From Trypanosoma brucei (lineage: Eukaryota): DNA of 64,000 nt. The DNA lies in NCBI GenBank assembly GCA_000002445.1, contig CH464491.1, forward strand, positions 1,664,001 through 1,728,000. The letters are read 5' to 3'. A model generated the notes under the pieces. The model did no database searches. It saw only the letters and a list, made by a program, of their open reading frames with translations, and was not told the DNA's origin. This document shows, piece after piece, positions 20,171 to 31,327 of this stretch (position 1 is its first letter; each line of letters opens with the position of its first letter). Position numbers and translations under genes: made by a program.

Positions 20171-23100
20171 TCACTCGACGGTATGGTGGAGTGGCAAGCG
20201 GTGGGTACTGGCAGGAATAAATGTGTTGATTCGTGACGGCCCGAGTAACACCACAGGCAGCTTGGGAACTTCTGGAGGCTTTTGTGGTAACTTATCCTCT
20301 TCCTCTTCCTCCTGCTCCTCCCGTGGTTCCGCGGTTTCAGCCCTGACCTCAACATCAACGGATCCCGTTTCAAATGCCACGCAAAGCGATGCCCTCATCG
20401 GCCCTGGTGGTTGGGTACCAAGGAGCTCGACGTCCGCCCTGATGGTTAACCCAGGTGCTAAGAACTGGTGCCGGTAGTTAACGTGTATCATCTTCTTGAA
20501 GCTGGGACAGAAGGTGATCCGGTGACGACACGGGTAAGTGGACGTATTCGTGAGGATAAGGGGGAGTACGTAGCGGTAGCCAGGTTCCACTAGCCCAAAA
20601 TCAAGCACTGTTGGTGTGACAGAGAGCGTTGGCACAGAGATTCGCTCCTGAGGTGGCATTTCCTTTATTAATCTAGTGTGCATGAATGGCACACCGTTGG
20701 GTCTGATTGAGTCTGCTCCCTCAGTCGGGTGGTTGTCGTCGGCGTGCACCTCCAACTGCTTCGCTGCCTCACTATAGGCAGCCACCTCACCGGAGCGAGC
20801 AGAAGAAGCCGCTGAACAGCCGTTTATTCCGCGTGCATCGGGGACCCCGTTCTCTGCAGCAACGATGATGCCAGAGGAAGCCCAGTAATTGAACCTCCCC
20901 TTATGGGTTTTAATGTCGCCACGACAGAGGCTAGAGCGTTGACTCTCCGGCTCGCACACGCTGTGGTCACGTAGTTGTTCAAGGGGACCAGTATCATCAC
21001 AGTGCGCGAGAGTTGATGCTTCAGACGGAGGCAGAGTTCGTATTGTTTCCTCCCACACCTTCTCCTCACATAATGCCAAACGCTCATGGCACAGCAACTC
21101 CGCCACTGTAGACATTCGGAACGGAACATCAGGTTGGGACGCGGCTACATGCAGGACATCCCTTTCGCGCTCCTCCTTCTGAAAAAAGGAACAATGTAAA
21201 CAAGGAATGAGTAGAAAGTCCGAAATGGACCTCGGAAATGGTGTGCCCGCCCCACGAGCCGTCGACCCCTCTTTCGGTGGTTGAAGGAAGAGCACACGCT
21301 CTTTGATGGTTTTATCACCGAGGGCCGCACACGCGAGTGGGCGAAGGTACGCTAAATCAATGTATGCTTTTAGCCGGTGCGTGAGCAGCTTGGATAACCA
21401 CAAGTTTCCAAAGAACAAAACGTTGTCGTTGATACAGTGTTCGCTATTCCGCCACACCACAGCGCGCAAAACATCTTTGGTGCGACCAACACCAGAGGGA
21501 ACTAACTTGTCGATTTCGTTTTCCGCGTAACTCCTGTAACTTGACGTCGTCGTCCTCGCCAACGGCGACTTTCGACGAACCAGCATCTCGCCGAGGGGAC
21601 AAGGTATATTCTGCTCAGCCACCCAACGGGGCGTTTCCATATCTGACTCGGGCAAAGTTTCGTTGAAGAACTGTAAGAATGTTTCACTGATAATTTCTGG
21701 GAGTTTAAAGACCTCTTCCCTTGATTCCCCGCAGCGCCCGAGGGTTGAAACACAATACTCGGTATCTTTGGAATGCCCAACGAGCCCGCCAAAGGCACAA
21801 TCAATGGTATAGTTGTCTCCACCAGGCATCGGTTTTACGTGTAGCCTGTGGCTTTTCCAGTCTAGAAGTGCCTCGCTTCCACTACGGTGGTGGAGGACAC
21901 GTAGAGTGTGTCCAATGATATCCATAACAGCCTCCACATGGTCGTATGTGAAACCCACTTTACTCTCCGACGGTGTTACACAAATGTCTGGAAACCCGGA
22001 GATGCGCCAAACAAACTTCTCACCATCCCGCGTGCATGAAAAACCAGCACTATGAAGAAGCCTGTCAAGCCGCCCGTTTGGCCATAAGGTCACCTGCAAA
22101 CCATCTTGACGGACCAGCACCTGTTTGCCTGTGGGTACATCAACCGTAGAGGCTACCTTGTACATCCCCAAGTCCACAATTTCACCAGAAGGCATAACCA
22201 CGGTACGCTTTCCGGACACCTCCACGCGCACTAACGTGCCACCAGGGTCCATCGTCACGTAGTTGCCAAAGACGTCAAGGGATAGGCGGTACCCTACCAA
22301 CTCTGGGCAGTACACAACCGCGCAACCATCCGCAAGCACTTCGATAGCTTCGATATAGTTAACCTTGACGGTACGCACCTTGTCAGTGTCCCAAATATCA
22401 ACAACTAAATTTGCTATGGTGGTGTGGAGGACCCCCTGCACCACGCTAAAACGTAAGTACTTCCCGCCCACGCTAAAAGTTCCCGCTGTTCCATTTTTCA
22501 GCAAAAGAGTTGTCATCGCAGCCGGGGGTCTCCTCCCCCGTATAACGGGAACCGGAACTCTTGAAATAAATTCCTCTTCCAGGGTGCTTAGCGGCGGAAC
22601 AAAAACCTTCTCCTTAGAGTTCTTTGGTGGCTTGATACTCTCAAGCATGTCCCTGTGCGCCTTCGCATCGTCCTTCGCCGCTTTTACGGCTAAATCATAT
22701 TTCATCTGCGATACGGCATCGGAGTTGTCCGCAACGACTTCGAAAAAGAACTGCACCACATCGACTATAATGAAGTAGCAGCGCAGACCACAGGGTATCA
22801 CTGCGGGAACTTCCTCTAGTGGTTGGGCATCTTCGGTGAGGAAGCCGAACAACAAACCACCAGGATCACTTACACAGCAATCAACATGTCGAGTATTGGC
22901 CACCGTCCGGCGCACCTCAATAGCGCAACCATCTTCCGTGAACATCCATTGCACCTCCTGCGACACGCAGCATGCACCTTGGCTTGACACTAGAAGTTCC
23001 TGATGTACTTTTGACTCGTTCTTGTCACCACTGATCCGGTGCATAATGTCCTCGTATACACAGCGGCGCCGCAATGCCGTCTCAGCAATATCAACAACGT

Positions 23101-25294
23101 CCACAGACGGAACCTCCTCTTCCTCCACAGATTTCTTTCTATCCTTTGACCTCTTTCCTTTCCTAGGCTTATCTAATTTGCTCCTTTCGGTGGCACTGGA
23201 GTGACCATGATCTTCAGCTCCATCGTCTTCGTCTTCCTCCTCTTCCTCTTCTTCCTCTTCCTCTTCCTGCTCCTCCTCATCACTGGATTCCTCCGCATCA
23301 CTGTCAGGAGGAGGCGGATGATAATACAGCTCTTCAGTTGAACAGTGAGCCCGTAAGTCTACATACTCAGAAAAGGTAGTGCCTCCACGAAAAGCATACA
23401 CACAGCTTTCAGTGCGACATGTCCGGTCTCCACGATAGAAAATCTCTAAGTTGTACTCCCCAATCTTCAAGCGTGAAGACCTCCAGCTTGCAGACCTATT
23501 AGCCCTTAGAAACTGCCGTATATCACTTTGCTTTGCAGAGGTCACGACACCCACAGCGATCACTTCCGAAACCAACTGCTTCGCCCGTTCCGCGTCAACT
23601 GAAAAAGATTTCTGCAAGGTATTGACAATGACCTCCCGGACGTCCGATTCCAAGCCTTCTGTCGACTCCACTTCTTCAAAGATGTTAAATCCGACATTGG
23701 TGGGGAGCGTTTCCATCGAACTCACCGAAGTTGTCTGCGTCTCAAAGGTAGTCTTGGAGGTAGTCCTCGTGTTGACGGGAATTTTATAGCTCCTGAGGCG
23801 GTTTTGGAAGGCTGCATGGGCCCCATGTGTGACAGCGCTAAACATATACCTGACAAACGAGGCAGCCTCCTCCTTGTTTCGAAGCATCGCGAGCTCTTCT
23901 CTCTTTGTAAGAGGGATGAATGGACTCAAAAGTTCAGGGGACATCATCGTCGAGGTGAATTCCACCTGCTTAAGGCAGGCGGCACGAAACGCCTTCCAGT
24001 CGATTGTACCCACTCTCTGTTTTCCAAACATTGCCTTGTAAACTTCACGATGAGCGGTGACGTCTTCCATGCTCTTTGGAATATCATCAAAAAGAGGGAT
24101 CATCTCCGCTGTGGAGGAATGCGACGTTTGTGGGGCGCTCAGCTTCTTCCTGGAAGTGCTAGGCCTCCTCCTATCCTTTTCGACTGGCTGGGCGGCAGTT
24201 GCCGTTGGACGAGGGTATTTGAGGGCGATGTAGGTAGGCACGTTTGCCTCCACTCGGGAACGCTTCCACTCAGAGTAAGAATTAAACTGGTCTTCAAGCC
24301 TCATGATGGCATCAATGAGTTCACCAAAGACGGCGCTCTCGGAGTCTTTTAATTTATACGTGACGGGTGGCTCCACACCACCATCGGCCGGGGCAGCAGT
24401 TGGTACAACGGCCGCGGGGACCGCTCCCCCAACGACCTCAGTAGGCACCTGAAACGAGTGTATGCATATGTTTTTCAAGCAAGGATCAGGTTGCTTGGTT
24501 TGCATAATGTAGTTCCTAAGCTCGGTAGCCAATGGAAGTTTCGCCTGATTCGCTGCATTATCTTTTCCGTGCTTGCTAAGTTGCCTTGTATCGCGCCTCG
24601 CTCTGCCTTTTGCCGAGTGAGATGGCTGAAGTGGAGCGTCGTCACCCACTGAACCACTCAGAGGAACCCGACTAGATATTGAAATAACCGCATGGAGACA
24701 AACTCCTGCAGCCTTCAGTGTCAATACTTCTTCAATGGAGTGGGGGCAAGTGCGAAGAAAAACGAACAGAGACTCATGATGGTTCCCCTCGTCGCTAGAC
24801 GCCCCGTCAGCAGCCTCTGCCTCCTCCATCTCCTGCTCAGCAGCGGCAATAGCCTCTTCCTTGCTGAGGCCATCCTCAATATAAAGTGCCGCAATTGCGT
24901 CCCTTTCAGCCTCCCGCGCCTTTAATTCGGCACGGCGCTTTACCTCCCTCTCCACAGCAAAGCGTACGTAGTCATCATAAAGAAGAGCATCCACTGACTT
25001 CACGTTTTCAGCATTCTGCTTTCTACGATCACCTGGTGTATTCCGTTGCTTCGAGGAGGAGGCGATGGTTGCTGCAGAGGCAGTAGCAGTGTCAAGAACG
25101 TAGAGACACTTGGCGAAAACAGGGTCTCGCATAATGGCTTCATTGAGTCTCGGGACGCAAACGTTTTTTGGAGTCTCCACGGATATGGCAAACACTAAGG
25201 GATTGAAACGCTTCAGTGCCTCTGCTTGTAGTTCTGGGTCAACGGGTGCAGAGGCCACGGGGGCCGAAGTGTTGGCCGTCGGCACTGAAGGCAT
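20171..25294 (-). CDS. Giant conserved hypothetical protein, 1707 aa. It has a poly-acidic stretch and a C-terminal beta-sandwich-like (ASH/MSP-like) domain.
   Basis: Single 5.1-kb ORF in transcription-unit orientation. It contains an E-rich run (SSDEEEQEEEEEEEEEEEDEDDG) encoded near 23220-23300. The C-terminal ~90 aa (LDFGLVEPGYRYVLPLILTNTSTYPCRHRITF...VAFETGSVDVEV) have the alternating pattern of ASH/MSP-type Ig-like folds. Confidence 0.6.
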   Translation of the reverse strand: MPSVPTANTSAPVASAPVDPELQAEALKRFNPLVFAISVETPKNVCVPRLNEAIMRDPVFAKCLYVLDTATASAATIASSSKQRNTPGDRRKQNAENVKSVDALLYDDYVRFAVEREVKRRAELKAREAERDAIAALYIEDGLSKEEAIAAAEQEMEEAEAADGASSDEGNHHESLFVFLRTCPHSIEEVLTLKAAGVCLHAVISISSRVPLSGSVGDDAPLQPSHSAKGRARRDTRQLSKHGKDNAANQAKLPLATELRNYIMQTKQPDPCLKNICIHSFQVPTEVVGGAVPAAVVPTAAPADGGVEPPVTYKLKDSESAVFGELIDAIMRLEDQFNSYSEWKRSRVEANVPTYIALKYPRPTATAAQPVEKDRRRPSTSRKKLSAPQTSHSSTAEMIPLFDDIPKSMEDVTAHREVYKAMFGKQRVGTIDWKAFRAACLKQVEFTSTMMSPELLSPFIPLTKREELAMLRNKEEAASFVRYMFSAVTHGAHAAFQNRLRSYKIPVNTRTTSKTTFETQTTSVSSMETLPTNVGFNIFEEVESTEGLESDVREVIVNTLQKSFSVDAERAKQLVSEVIAVGVVTSAKQSDIRQFLRANRSASWRSSRLKIGEYNLEIFYRGDRTCRTESCVYAFRGGTTFSEYVDLRAHCSTEELYYHPPPPDSDAEESSDEEEQEEEEEEEEEEEDEDDGAEDHGHSSATERSKLDKPRKGKRSKDRKKSVEEEEVPSVDVVDIAETALRRRCVYEDIMHRISGDKNESKVHQELLVSSQGACCVSQEVQWMFTEDGCAIEVRRTVANTRHVDCCVSDPGGLLFGFLTEDAQPLEEVPAVIPCGLRCYFIIVDVVQFFFEVVADNSDAVSQMKYDLAVKAAKDDAKAHRDMLESIKPPKNSKEKVFVPPLSTLEEEFISRVPVPVIRGRRPPAAMTTLLLKNGTAGTFSVGGKYLRFSVVQGVLHTTIANLVVDIWDTDKVRTVKVNYIEAIEVLADGCAVVYCPELVGYRLSLDVFGNYVTMDPGGTLVRVEVSGKRTVVMPSGEIVDLGMYKVASTVDVPTGKQVLVRQDGLQVTLWPNGRLDRLLHSAGFSCTRDGEKFVWRISGFPDICVTPSESKVGFTYDHVEAVMDIIGHTLRVLHHRSGSEALLDWKSHRLHVKPMPGGDNYTIDCAFGGLVGHSKDTEYCVSTLGRCGESREEVFKLPEIISETFLQFFNETLPESDMETPRWVAEQNIPCPLGEMLVRRKSPLARTTTSSYRSYAENEIDKLVPSGVGRTKDVLRAVVWRNSEHCINDNVLFFGNLWLSKLLTHRLKAYIDLAYLRPLACAALGDKTIKERVLFLQPPKEGSTARGAGTPFPRSISDFLLIPCLHCSFFQKEERERDVLHVAASQPDVPFRMSTVAELLCHERLALCEEKVWEETIRTLPPSEASTLAHCDDTGPLEQLRDHSVCEPESQRSSLCRGDIKTHKGRFNYWASSGIIVAAENGVPDARGINGCSAASSARSGEVAAYSEAAKQLEVHADDNHPTEGADSIRPNGVPFMHTRLIKEMPPQERISVPTLSVTPTVLDFGLVEPGYRYVLPLILTNTSTYPCRHRITFCPSFKKMIHVNYRHQFLAPGLTIRADVELLGTQPPGPMRASLCVAFETGSVDVEVRAETAEPREEQEEEEEDKLPQKPPEVPKLPVVLLGPSRINTFIPASTHRLPLHHTVE

Positions 25295-25787
25295 AATCGA
25301 CAGCCAACCACGAGAAGCCAGGAAGACGTTTTCACGCTATTCCCTTTGGGCAAAGCCAAGAATGCGTGATATATGTATATGTATACGCTCGCGGAAAGTT
25401 TCCTTAGCAGAAAAACAAGTAAGGGATAAAGGGAAGGAGCACATGTACAGGTAAACCCAATCGCCTCACGCACGGACCCATGTTTACACGCACGTTAAGT
25501 TCACCATTGTCCTTCCCGTACTGGCACGCACGCATGCGTCAACAGATTCTCTTCCACAGGCAGTGTGTAAAAAAAAAAAAAGATGGCATCTTGTTCTACT
25601 CCCCCTCCTATCCTTAGCGGGAGGTAGAGTAGACGAAAATAAGAATTTCCAAAGTCAGAATACGAAGTGGGTGCGAAACCACGAAAGGGAAGAAGAAGAA
25701 AAAAGACAAAAAGGTGAAAAAGGTGAAAAAGGAAAACATGCCACGCCATACAGCGACACACTCACGTGCATTGTCTGTGAAACTGAC

Positions 25788-27209
25788 TTAGCCCATCAAA
25801 AAGGTGGGAAACTCCCACCGCAGCATCGAAGAAAGATTTTCCATCATTTCCTCATCATCTATAGGTGAGAATATTATAAACGCAGCACAACCAACCGCAA
25901 CTGCAGCCATCGACGCATCGACACGATTTGAGAGTACAAACATCATCACACCAAGTGCAAGGGGAACACCAACTAGTTGGTTCACATTTTTTTCGTCCGG
26001 AAGCAGCATCTGGATCACCATAAAGAGTACAGGCTGCCACTGCTTCATAATCTTCCTCGCACAAACTTGCATCTTCAGCGCCAGTTCCCGCTCAGCCTCC
26101 TTGAAGCTGTTGGTGGTGTAAGCAGTAAAAGCCGATTGCAACACGGCAGCCGGCAAGTCCGTTAAGAGCGTCGACACAACAAAGTAAAACCCCATGCCAT
26201 GCTTTGCAAACCGTGAACTCGCCCACATGCTTAGAAAGAATAGCAAGGAGCACAAGCAAACTAGCACACGAGGGGTTCCCTTGTACCTCCTCAAAACAAG
26301 AGGCGCCACAAATATCTGCATGAAGGTATCCACCATCATGTGAGCTCCCACCGCCAAGTAAGAAAAATTGAAGACACGGCGATCGACGGAAGGGTATAGC
26401 GATTGAACGATTGAGGCACAAAACCCCAACAGTGCAACGGGGAGGAGGTGTGCAATTTTACTGCCAGGCTGTAGCAACAGCCATTCCCTCAAGGTACTCT
26501 GCCGCTGCGCAGTTGGCACTGTTTTGGGGGTACGTGCGAAAATAAAGGCCACAACACCAACAGCAACAGCGGTGATGAACTCGACTAAAGCCATCACACC
26601 ACTAATTGCCGCAATGTTAGGCCACCAATCCCCCAGGACGCCACCGAGTATCACAGCAACTCCAAGGAAATACGGGGCAAAGTGCTTCACGTCACAACAG
26701 CGCGAGAACTCCGGGTACTGGTGGCCAACAACCGCACTCACCGTGGCGCTGTGTCTGAATAATCCAGCCACCGTGCGTGAAACAAGGTACATGGGTACCG
26801 ACTTGTAGTGAAGAGCAGCTGTTGAAAGAAAAGCGCTTACTGATGTGGCAAACAGCGCTAAGCTATACAATACGATCCCTCCGAAGCGGATGGCGAAGCG
26901 CTCAGCCACAAACGTACTAAAAATCTGCGGAACGAGGTATAACAATTGAGCTATGATTGTTTCGAATACGGTTATAGAAAGAGTCTGGGTAAACATAACA
27001 ATCAGGGGAGATAACGCAGCCATGGCCACTATGTCTGCACATCCTGCAGCACACAAAAGAAGAGCTATGCTACGAGTCTCCCATGGCACTACCTGATTAT
27101 CTTCAGAACTGTTTTTTCTTCGTATTGTGGGCTTTCGTACCCTTTTCAGTGATGTCGTTCGCTTTCTTAACCCCCCTTCCATTGCGACTAACGATGTCCT
27201 CTTCCCCAA
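25788..27209 (-). CDS. Polytopic membrane protein (about 11-12 TM helices, MFS-like), 473 aa.
   Basis: The hydrophobic helix pattern runs throughout. The N-terminus is basic (RKRTTSLKRVRKPTIRRK). No diagnostic motif recognised. Confidence 0.4.
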   Translation of the reverse strand: MGKRTSLVAMEGGLRKRTTSLKRVRKPTIRRKNSSEDNQVVPWETRSIALLLCAAGCADIVAMAALSPLIVMFTQTLSITVFETIIAQLLYLVPQIFSTFVAERFAIRFGGIVLYSLALFATSVSAFLSTAALHYKSVPMYLVSRTVAGLFRHSATVSAVVGHQYPEFSRCCDVKHFAPYFLGVAVILGGVLGDWWPNIAAISGVMALVEFITAVAVGVVAFIFARTPKTVPTAQRQSTLREWLLLQPGSKIAHLLPVALLGFCASIVQSLYPSVDRRVFNFSYLAVGAHMMVDTFMQIFVAPLVLRRYKGTPRVLVCLCSLLFFLSMWASSRFAKHGMGFYFVVSTLLTDLPAAVLQSAFTAYTTNSFKEAERELALKMQVCARKIMKQWQPVLFMVIQMLLPDEKNVNQLVGVPLALGVMMFVLSNRVDASMAAVAVGCAAFIIFSPIDDEEMMENLSSMLRWEFPTFLMG

Positions 27210-27621
27210 AAGTGTGTCAACTAATAGTTAATCCACTCCCAAACAACCCTTTACCCTCCCCCTAACCTGGTTAAACCTTCAACGAGGCGCCAACCGCCCT
27301 AAATGTAGCGGCAGCATTCGTTTGAGCAAAAAAAAAAACACAAAGTAAAAAAGAAAAAGATCTTAAACGGAAAGTCACAGGCGGGACATGTAAGGAACAA
27401 GAACTTCAGAAGGCGGTATATCACGACCAAAACGTTAAATGAGTCGCACCATGGTGAAGGCGCTTTGTTTCGGCACCCCTATTGTTCTGGAATCACTACC
27501 ACTGCCCACCGACGGCTATTTACATTTGAATCAAGCTTGGAAGGAGGAATGTCATAGTCTACACAAAGCCAAGCGTGCACGAGACGCTGTGGGTAAAAGA
27601 AAAAAATCCCCGGAAACAGAG

Positions 27622-29055
27622 TTAACACTTTCGTTCCAGCTGGCTAAGGGCCTCGCAGATCGAAGATGTTAGTGGCTGGTAGTCATCAGCCACGGAAGAA
27701 AGGGACTGTAGCCGCTCTTTAGCACCCAGGAGTCGCTTCCTCCCCACCGGGTGCTCGGCTACATTAATAATTCCCTTTACGACATTAACAAGCACATCCC
27801 GCTCCTCCTCCTCCATCAGTAAAGCCAGTAAAAGAGGAGGAAGCCCTTCATCCACAGCCTGATACTTTCCAGGTTCGTATATTGTCAGCTGCGCCACAGC
27901 GCCGGTGACGGCAGTGCGGACACGCAAATTCTGGTGAAGCATGTGCGGCATCAAAGCTACAAGTGTGCGGCAGTCCACCGCAGCCTTTTTGCCCATGCGA
28001 TAACTTGCAGCGTGCGTCACGACGTCGGCCGCCTCTGAAATAACAAATGGGTCATCCCGATGGAGAGCCACAGTTAACTCGGACATACCGCCCAGCCGAA
28101 TGAACGGTATGAAAGCCTCCTTTACAGAGAAAATTGTCACAAGAGCAGTGCACGCGGTTGCTACCACTCGATCTTCCGGGTGCCTCAGTAGTGCGATGCC
28201 ACGTTCTATGAAGTTGTACTTGACAAGGCGGGCAATCGCCTCATAGGAGTTAAAGGCCATACGACACGGTAAAATAAGTCGCAACGACAAGATCACGACC
28301 TCGTGAGAGGGATCGCTCAATGTGGCAAGCAACTCGCGGAGTGTGAACTTTTCATCGTCCATAGCGAGAAGCATGTCCACAGCCAAGGGCTCCATCAGAA
28401 GCATTGCAAGGGCCTCAGCCGCTTTGCACCGCATCGTTTCCTCCTCATCATTGTGAAGAGTGGATAACAACAGCTCTAGAAATCCGTATCGGAGGCTACG
28501 AACCGCATTCTCTCGCTGCTGCGTGTACAACTCAATCAGGTGATCAATGGCCTGAACCCGCTTGTTAAACTCTTCGCTTAGCATCCACGTTCGTGTCTTT
28601 TCGTACTCTAGGAGACCATACGCTCGGGTGAATATGTCAGGATCAAGAGGCCGCGGGTGGGGCTTCATTTCGTGCATCATAATACTTTGCTGATTACGCT
28701 CAATGCGGGATTCAGCGGAGGTGTCACTGTCATCGTCCAGCGGAACCCCCTGAAGTTTACGAATGACAGACCACATCAAAGCAGCAAGTCCGACAGCACT
28801 AAGAGACGGTTTCCTGCAAAGATACAGCTGATTCTCTATATATACAGTTACTGTGTTGTTGTTCCCACAGTTGTTTTTGTCGCAGTAAACGAAAGATAAG
28901 CAGGAAACAGAAAAGTGTGTTAAGTACATGAAGAAGTGGAAGGGGGCAGCGGTCGGCGGCCGCACACGTGTCAGTGCCGGAACGGTTAGGATCCCTACTC
29001 CGCATTGCTCACTAACACTGTCAACAATTTCCTCCAATTCGTAAAGATGTTCCAA
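27622..29055 (-). CDS. Armadillo/HEAT-repeat protein, 477 aa.
   Basis: Repeated ~40-aa units carry the LL..L...D..V...A..AL..L signature (e.g. VRTAVTGAVAQLTIYEPG, VVILSLRLILPCRMAF, VRSLRYGFLELLLSTL). Confidence 0.5.
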   Translation of the reverse strand: MEHLYELEEIVDSVSEQCGVGILTVPALTRVRPPTAAPFHFFMYLTHFSVSCLSFVYCDKNNCGNNNTVTVYIENQLYLCRKPSLSAVGLAALMWSVIRKLQGVPLDDDSDTSAESRIERNQQSIMMHEMKPHPRPLDPDIFTRAYGLLEYEKTRTWMLSEEFNKRVQAIDHLIELYTQQRENAVRSLRYGFLELLLSTLHNDEEETMRCKAAEALAMLLMEPLAVDMLLAMDDEKFTLRELLATLSDPSHEVVILSLRLILPCRMAFNSYEAIARLVKYNFIERGIALLRHPEDRVVATACTALVTIFSVKEAFIPFIRLGGMSELTVALHRDDPFVISEAADVVTHAASYRMGKKAAVDCRTLVALMPHMLHQNLRVRTAVTGAVAQLTIYEPGKYQAVDEGLPPLLLALLMEEEERDVLVNVVKGIINVAEHPVGRKRLLGAKERLQSLSSVADDYQPLTSSICEALSQLERKC

Positions 29056-29329
29056 AACTAACCCACTATTCGACGAACGGGCAGGGGGAAATTATGAACA
29101 TCCTCCTGTGCGAATGAAAATAGATAATTGTTGTACTTAACGCGCGGAGTTTCATTCTTAATGGCCTTTCGGTTAACTCTCCACTCCTGTTGGGATGAAT
29201 AGCAGTCCATTCACTCGCAACGCACGCGCCGCCTTCTCAACCCAAACAACAAGAATACCAAGCGGAATACATCGCCTATCCACACGAAAAACCAGCCGCT
29301 CCCGCAACACCGTTAATGTTATCCGATTA

Positions 29330-29974
29330 TCATTGTACACCTCCAGCAGACCGCTGACGCCGCAGCCGCTCGAGCGTCTCAGCACGTTCCTCTTCCATAA
29401 GCTTCCGCTCCATCGACATTGTTTCCTCGTACGTCAAGAAGAAGCCAGGTGGTACGTCGTTGATAATACGCTGCAGTTCACTGTCGCAAAGAGATCCGCC
29501 AAACGTTCTACGCACAATCTCTTCTACGGGTACCCTAAAATGTCTGTGCCGTTCACCAATGGCGCGGGCCTCCTCCTCGTAAGTTACTTCCGCTGTTGTT
29601 GTGTCACCCACTGTTTTTTCGTCTTGACATCCCTCTACTGCTGCAGGACGGCTTTGGGCCTCGTCTTCGTCACGCACCTCGCCGTCACCGTCCTTTTGTG
29701 CTGTCAAGGCAGAAGCGGCACCATTGGTCTTACGGCGCTCCACCTCCGCTAAATATTTCGAGTAGCGTTCGCGGATACCGTTTCCACCATCCGGTAGGCG
29801 GCTCAAAAGTGCCGGCTGCTTCATCAACCGCTCACACCGCTCGATGTGCACTTGGAGTGCCTGGGCTGTTAACTTTGTCACATCCACATCTTTATCCATG
29901 GAGCGAACTAACCTACCAATGTTTTGTGGGAAAAGTTTTGTTGAGTAGTCGGAAACATGACCCAAAACTAACAA
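29330..29974 (-). CDS. Hypothetical protein, 214 aa.
   Basis: ORF in transcription-unit orientation with a charged central region. No domain recognised. Confidence 0.35.
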   Translation of the reverse strand: MLVLGHVSDYSTKLFPQNIGRLVRSMDKDVDVTKLTAQALQVHIERCERLMKQPALLSRLPDGGNGIRERYSKYLAEVERRKTNGAASALTAQKDGDGEVRDEDEAQSRPAAVEGCQDEKTVGDTTTAEVTYEEEARAIGERHRHFRVPVEEIVRRTFGGSLCDSELQRIINDVPPGFFLTYEETMSMERKLMEEERAETLERLRRQRSAGGVQ

Positions 29975-30322
29975 GGACTGAGGTAATGAATGGTGGAAGA
30001 CACGTTAATGTTCAGTGCCCTTGTTATTTAAGGTGTAAGTCAGCAACAAAATAAATAAAGGTTCAAGAAACAAGATGGGTGATGAAAAGGCAAGGATTAA
30101 GAACTTCATTATTACGCGCATCCAATACATTATCCTTAATCGAAGATCGTTTCCACGTCACAAAATACATTGACTCAAATGACATGGACTGGACGCCTGA
30201 CTGAATCAAATGGTCGATGACAGCGGAACCACGTAAAAAAAAAAAGAAGGAAGGATGTCGAAGAGAAAAATCTCAGTTACCTACCACTAGCCTTATTGTT
30301 GAGTTTTAGTTTTCTCCGGCTA

Positions 30323-31327
30323 TTACCCATCTGGGTGACACGGTCGAAAAGGAAAAAGTTGACGCGTGTTGTTATATATGCGGTGCGCGAGGCTCTCAAT
30401 ATTCTCCACGCTCTCGCGATGGAGTTCATAAAGAATCTCCAAGACGCGTATCAAATGGCATGGCTCGCACCGAGATTTCACCACAGACCCGTCGACAAAC
30501 TTTTCCTTGCGGCATATCGGAAACTGAGCAAGCAACGAGTCGGCCACACTTTCGCCCCTTTCCGCCGCGCGTTGCAGTAGCCGATGCGAGGCGTGCGTAT
30601 TTCTTATTTCGCACCAGGGTCCATCGGTTTCAATCATGAGCCTGTCAAGTGGAACGGCACCAGCAACGGCGAGGTTTTCCTCCGTCTTGAGACTACATCC
30701 GTTAATACCAATGTATAAGTCGAGTGAAAGTAACTTGTTAAGCTCCCCTTGCGTGCCCGTAAAACTGTGTACGACCCCTCCGGGGAAGCGCTGGCGGTGT
30801 CGTTGCAAAACTGTGAATAAGTCGTCGCCCGTATTGCGGTCGTGAATAAAGAGTGGTAGTTGGAATTCTTCTGCAAGTTCTAACTGTTTAACGAAGTAGG
30901 TCATCTGGACATCCTTCTCGCAGAAGGAAACCCGGTCGTAGTCTAATCCCAACTCCCCAACCGCAGCTACACATCCACCTTCCTTTCGCACGGTGTTCTC
31001 AAATATGAGGGAGCGAAGGACGTTGAAATAATTCTCTGGTTCGTTAGCAAACTCATTGCAGCGTGTTGGGTGACACCCAACGGTGCAGAAACATTGCAGC
31101 CCATCACTGTTATATTTTCTGCACAATTCAATGGCGCTTTTGCTTTCTTCTACCGTGCCAGCAGTAATAAGAAGACATTTTACACCCACCGCGACCGCAC
31201 GAGCGAGCACGGACTCAACGTCACCGGGGTGCTTCACGTGGCCGTGATACACGCCAGAAAACATACCATCCACAAGGTTGATGCCGATATCAATCATCGG
31301 TAAATATTTGGCTGTAACTGACGACAT
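30323..31327 (-). CDS. TatD-family Mg-dependent deoxyribonuclease, 334 aa.
   Basis: TatD signature blocks are present: MIDIGINL (N-terminal metal site, variant), TVGCHP, GELGLDYDR, PLFIHDR, HSFTG and IETDGPW. Confidence 0.8.
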   Translation of the reverse strand: MSSVTAKYLPMIDIGINLVDGMFSGVYHGHVKHPGDVESVLARAVAVGVKCLLITAGTVEESKSAIELCRKYNSDGLQCFCTVGCHPTRCNEFANEPENYFNVLRSLIFENTVRKEGGCVAAVGELGLDYDRVSFCEKDVQMTYFVKQLELAEEFQLPLFIHDRNTGDDLFTVLQRHRQRFPGGVVHSFTGTQGELNKLLSLDLYIGINGCSLKTEENLAVAGAVPLDRLMIETDGPWCEIRNTHASHRLLQRAAERGESVADSLLAQFPICRKEKFVDGSVVKSRCEPCHLIRVLEILYELHRESVENIESLAHRIYNNTRQLFPFRPCHPDG

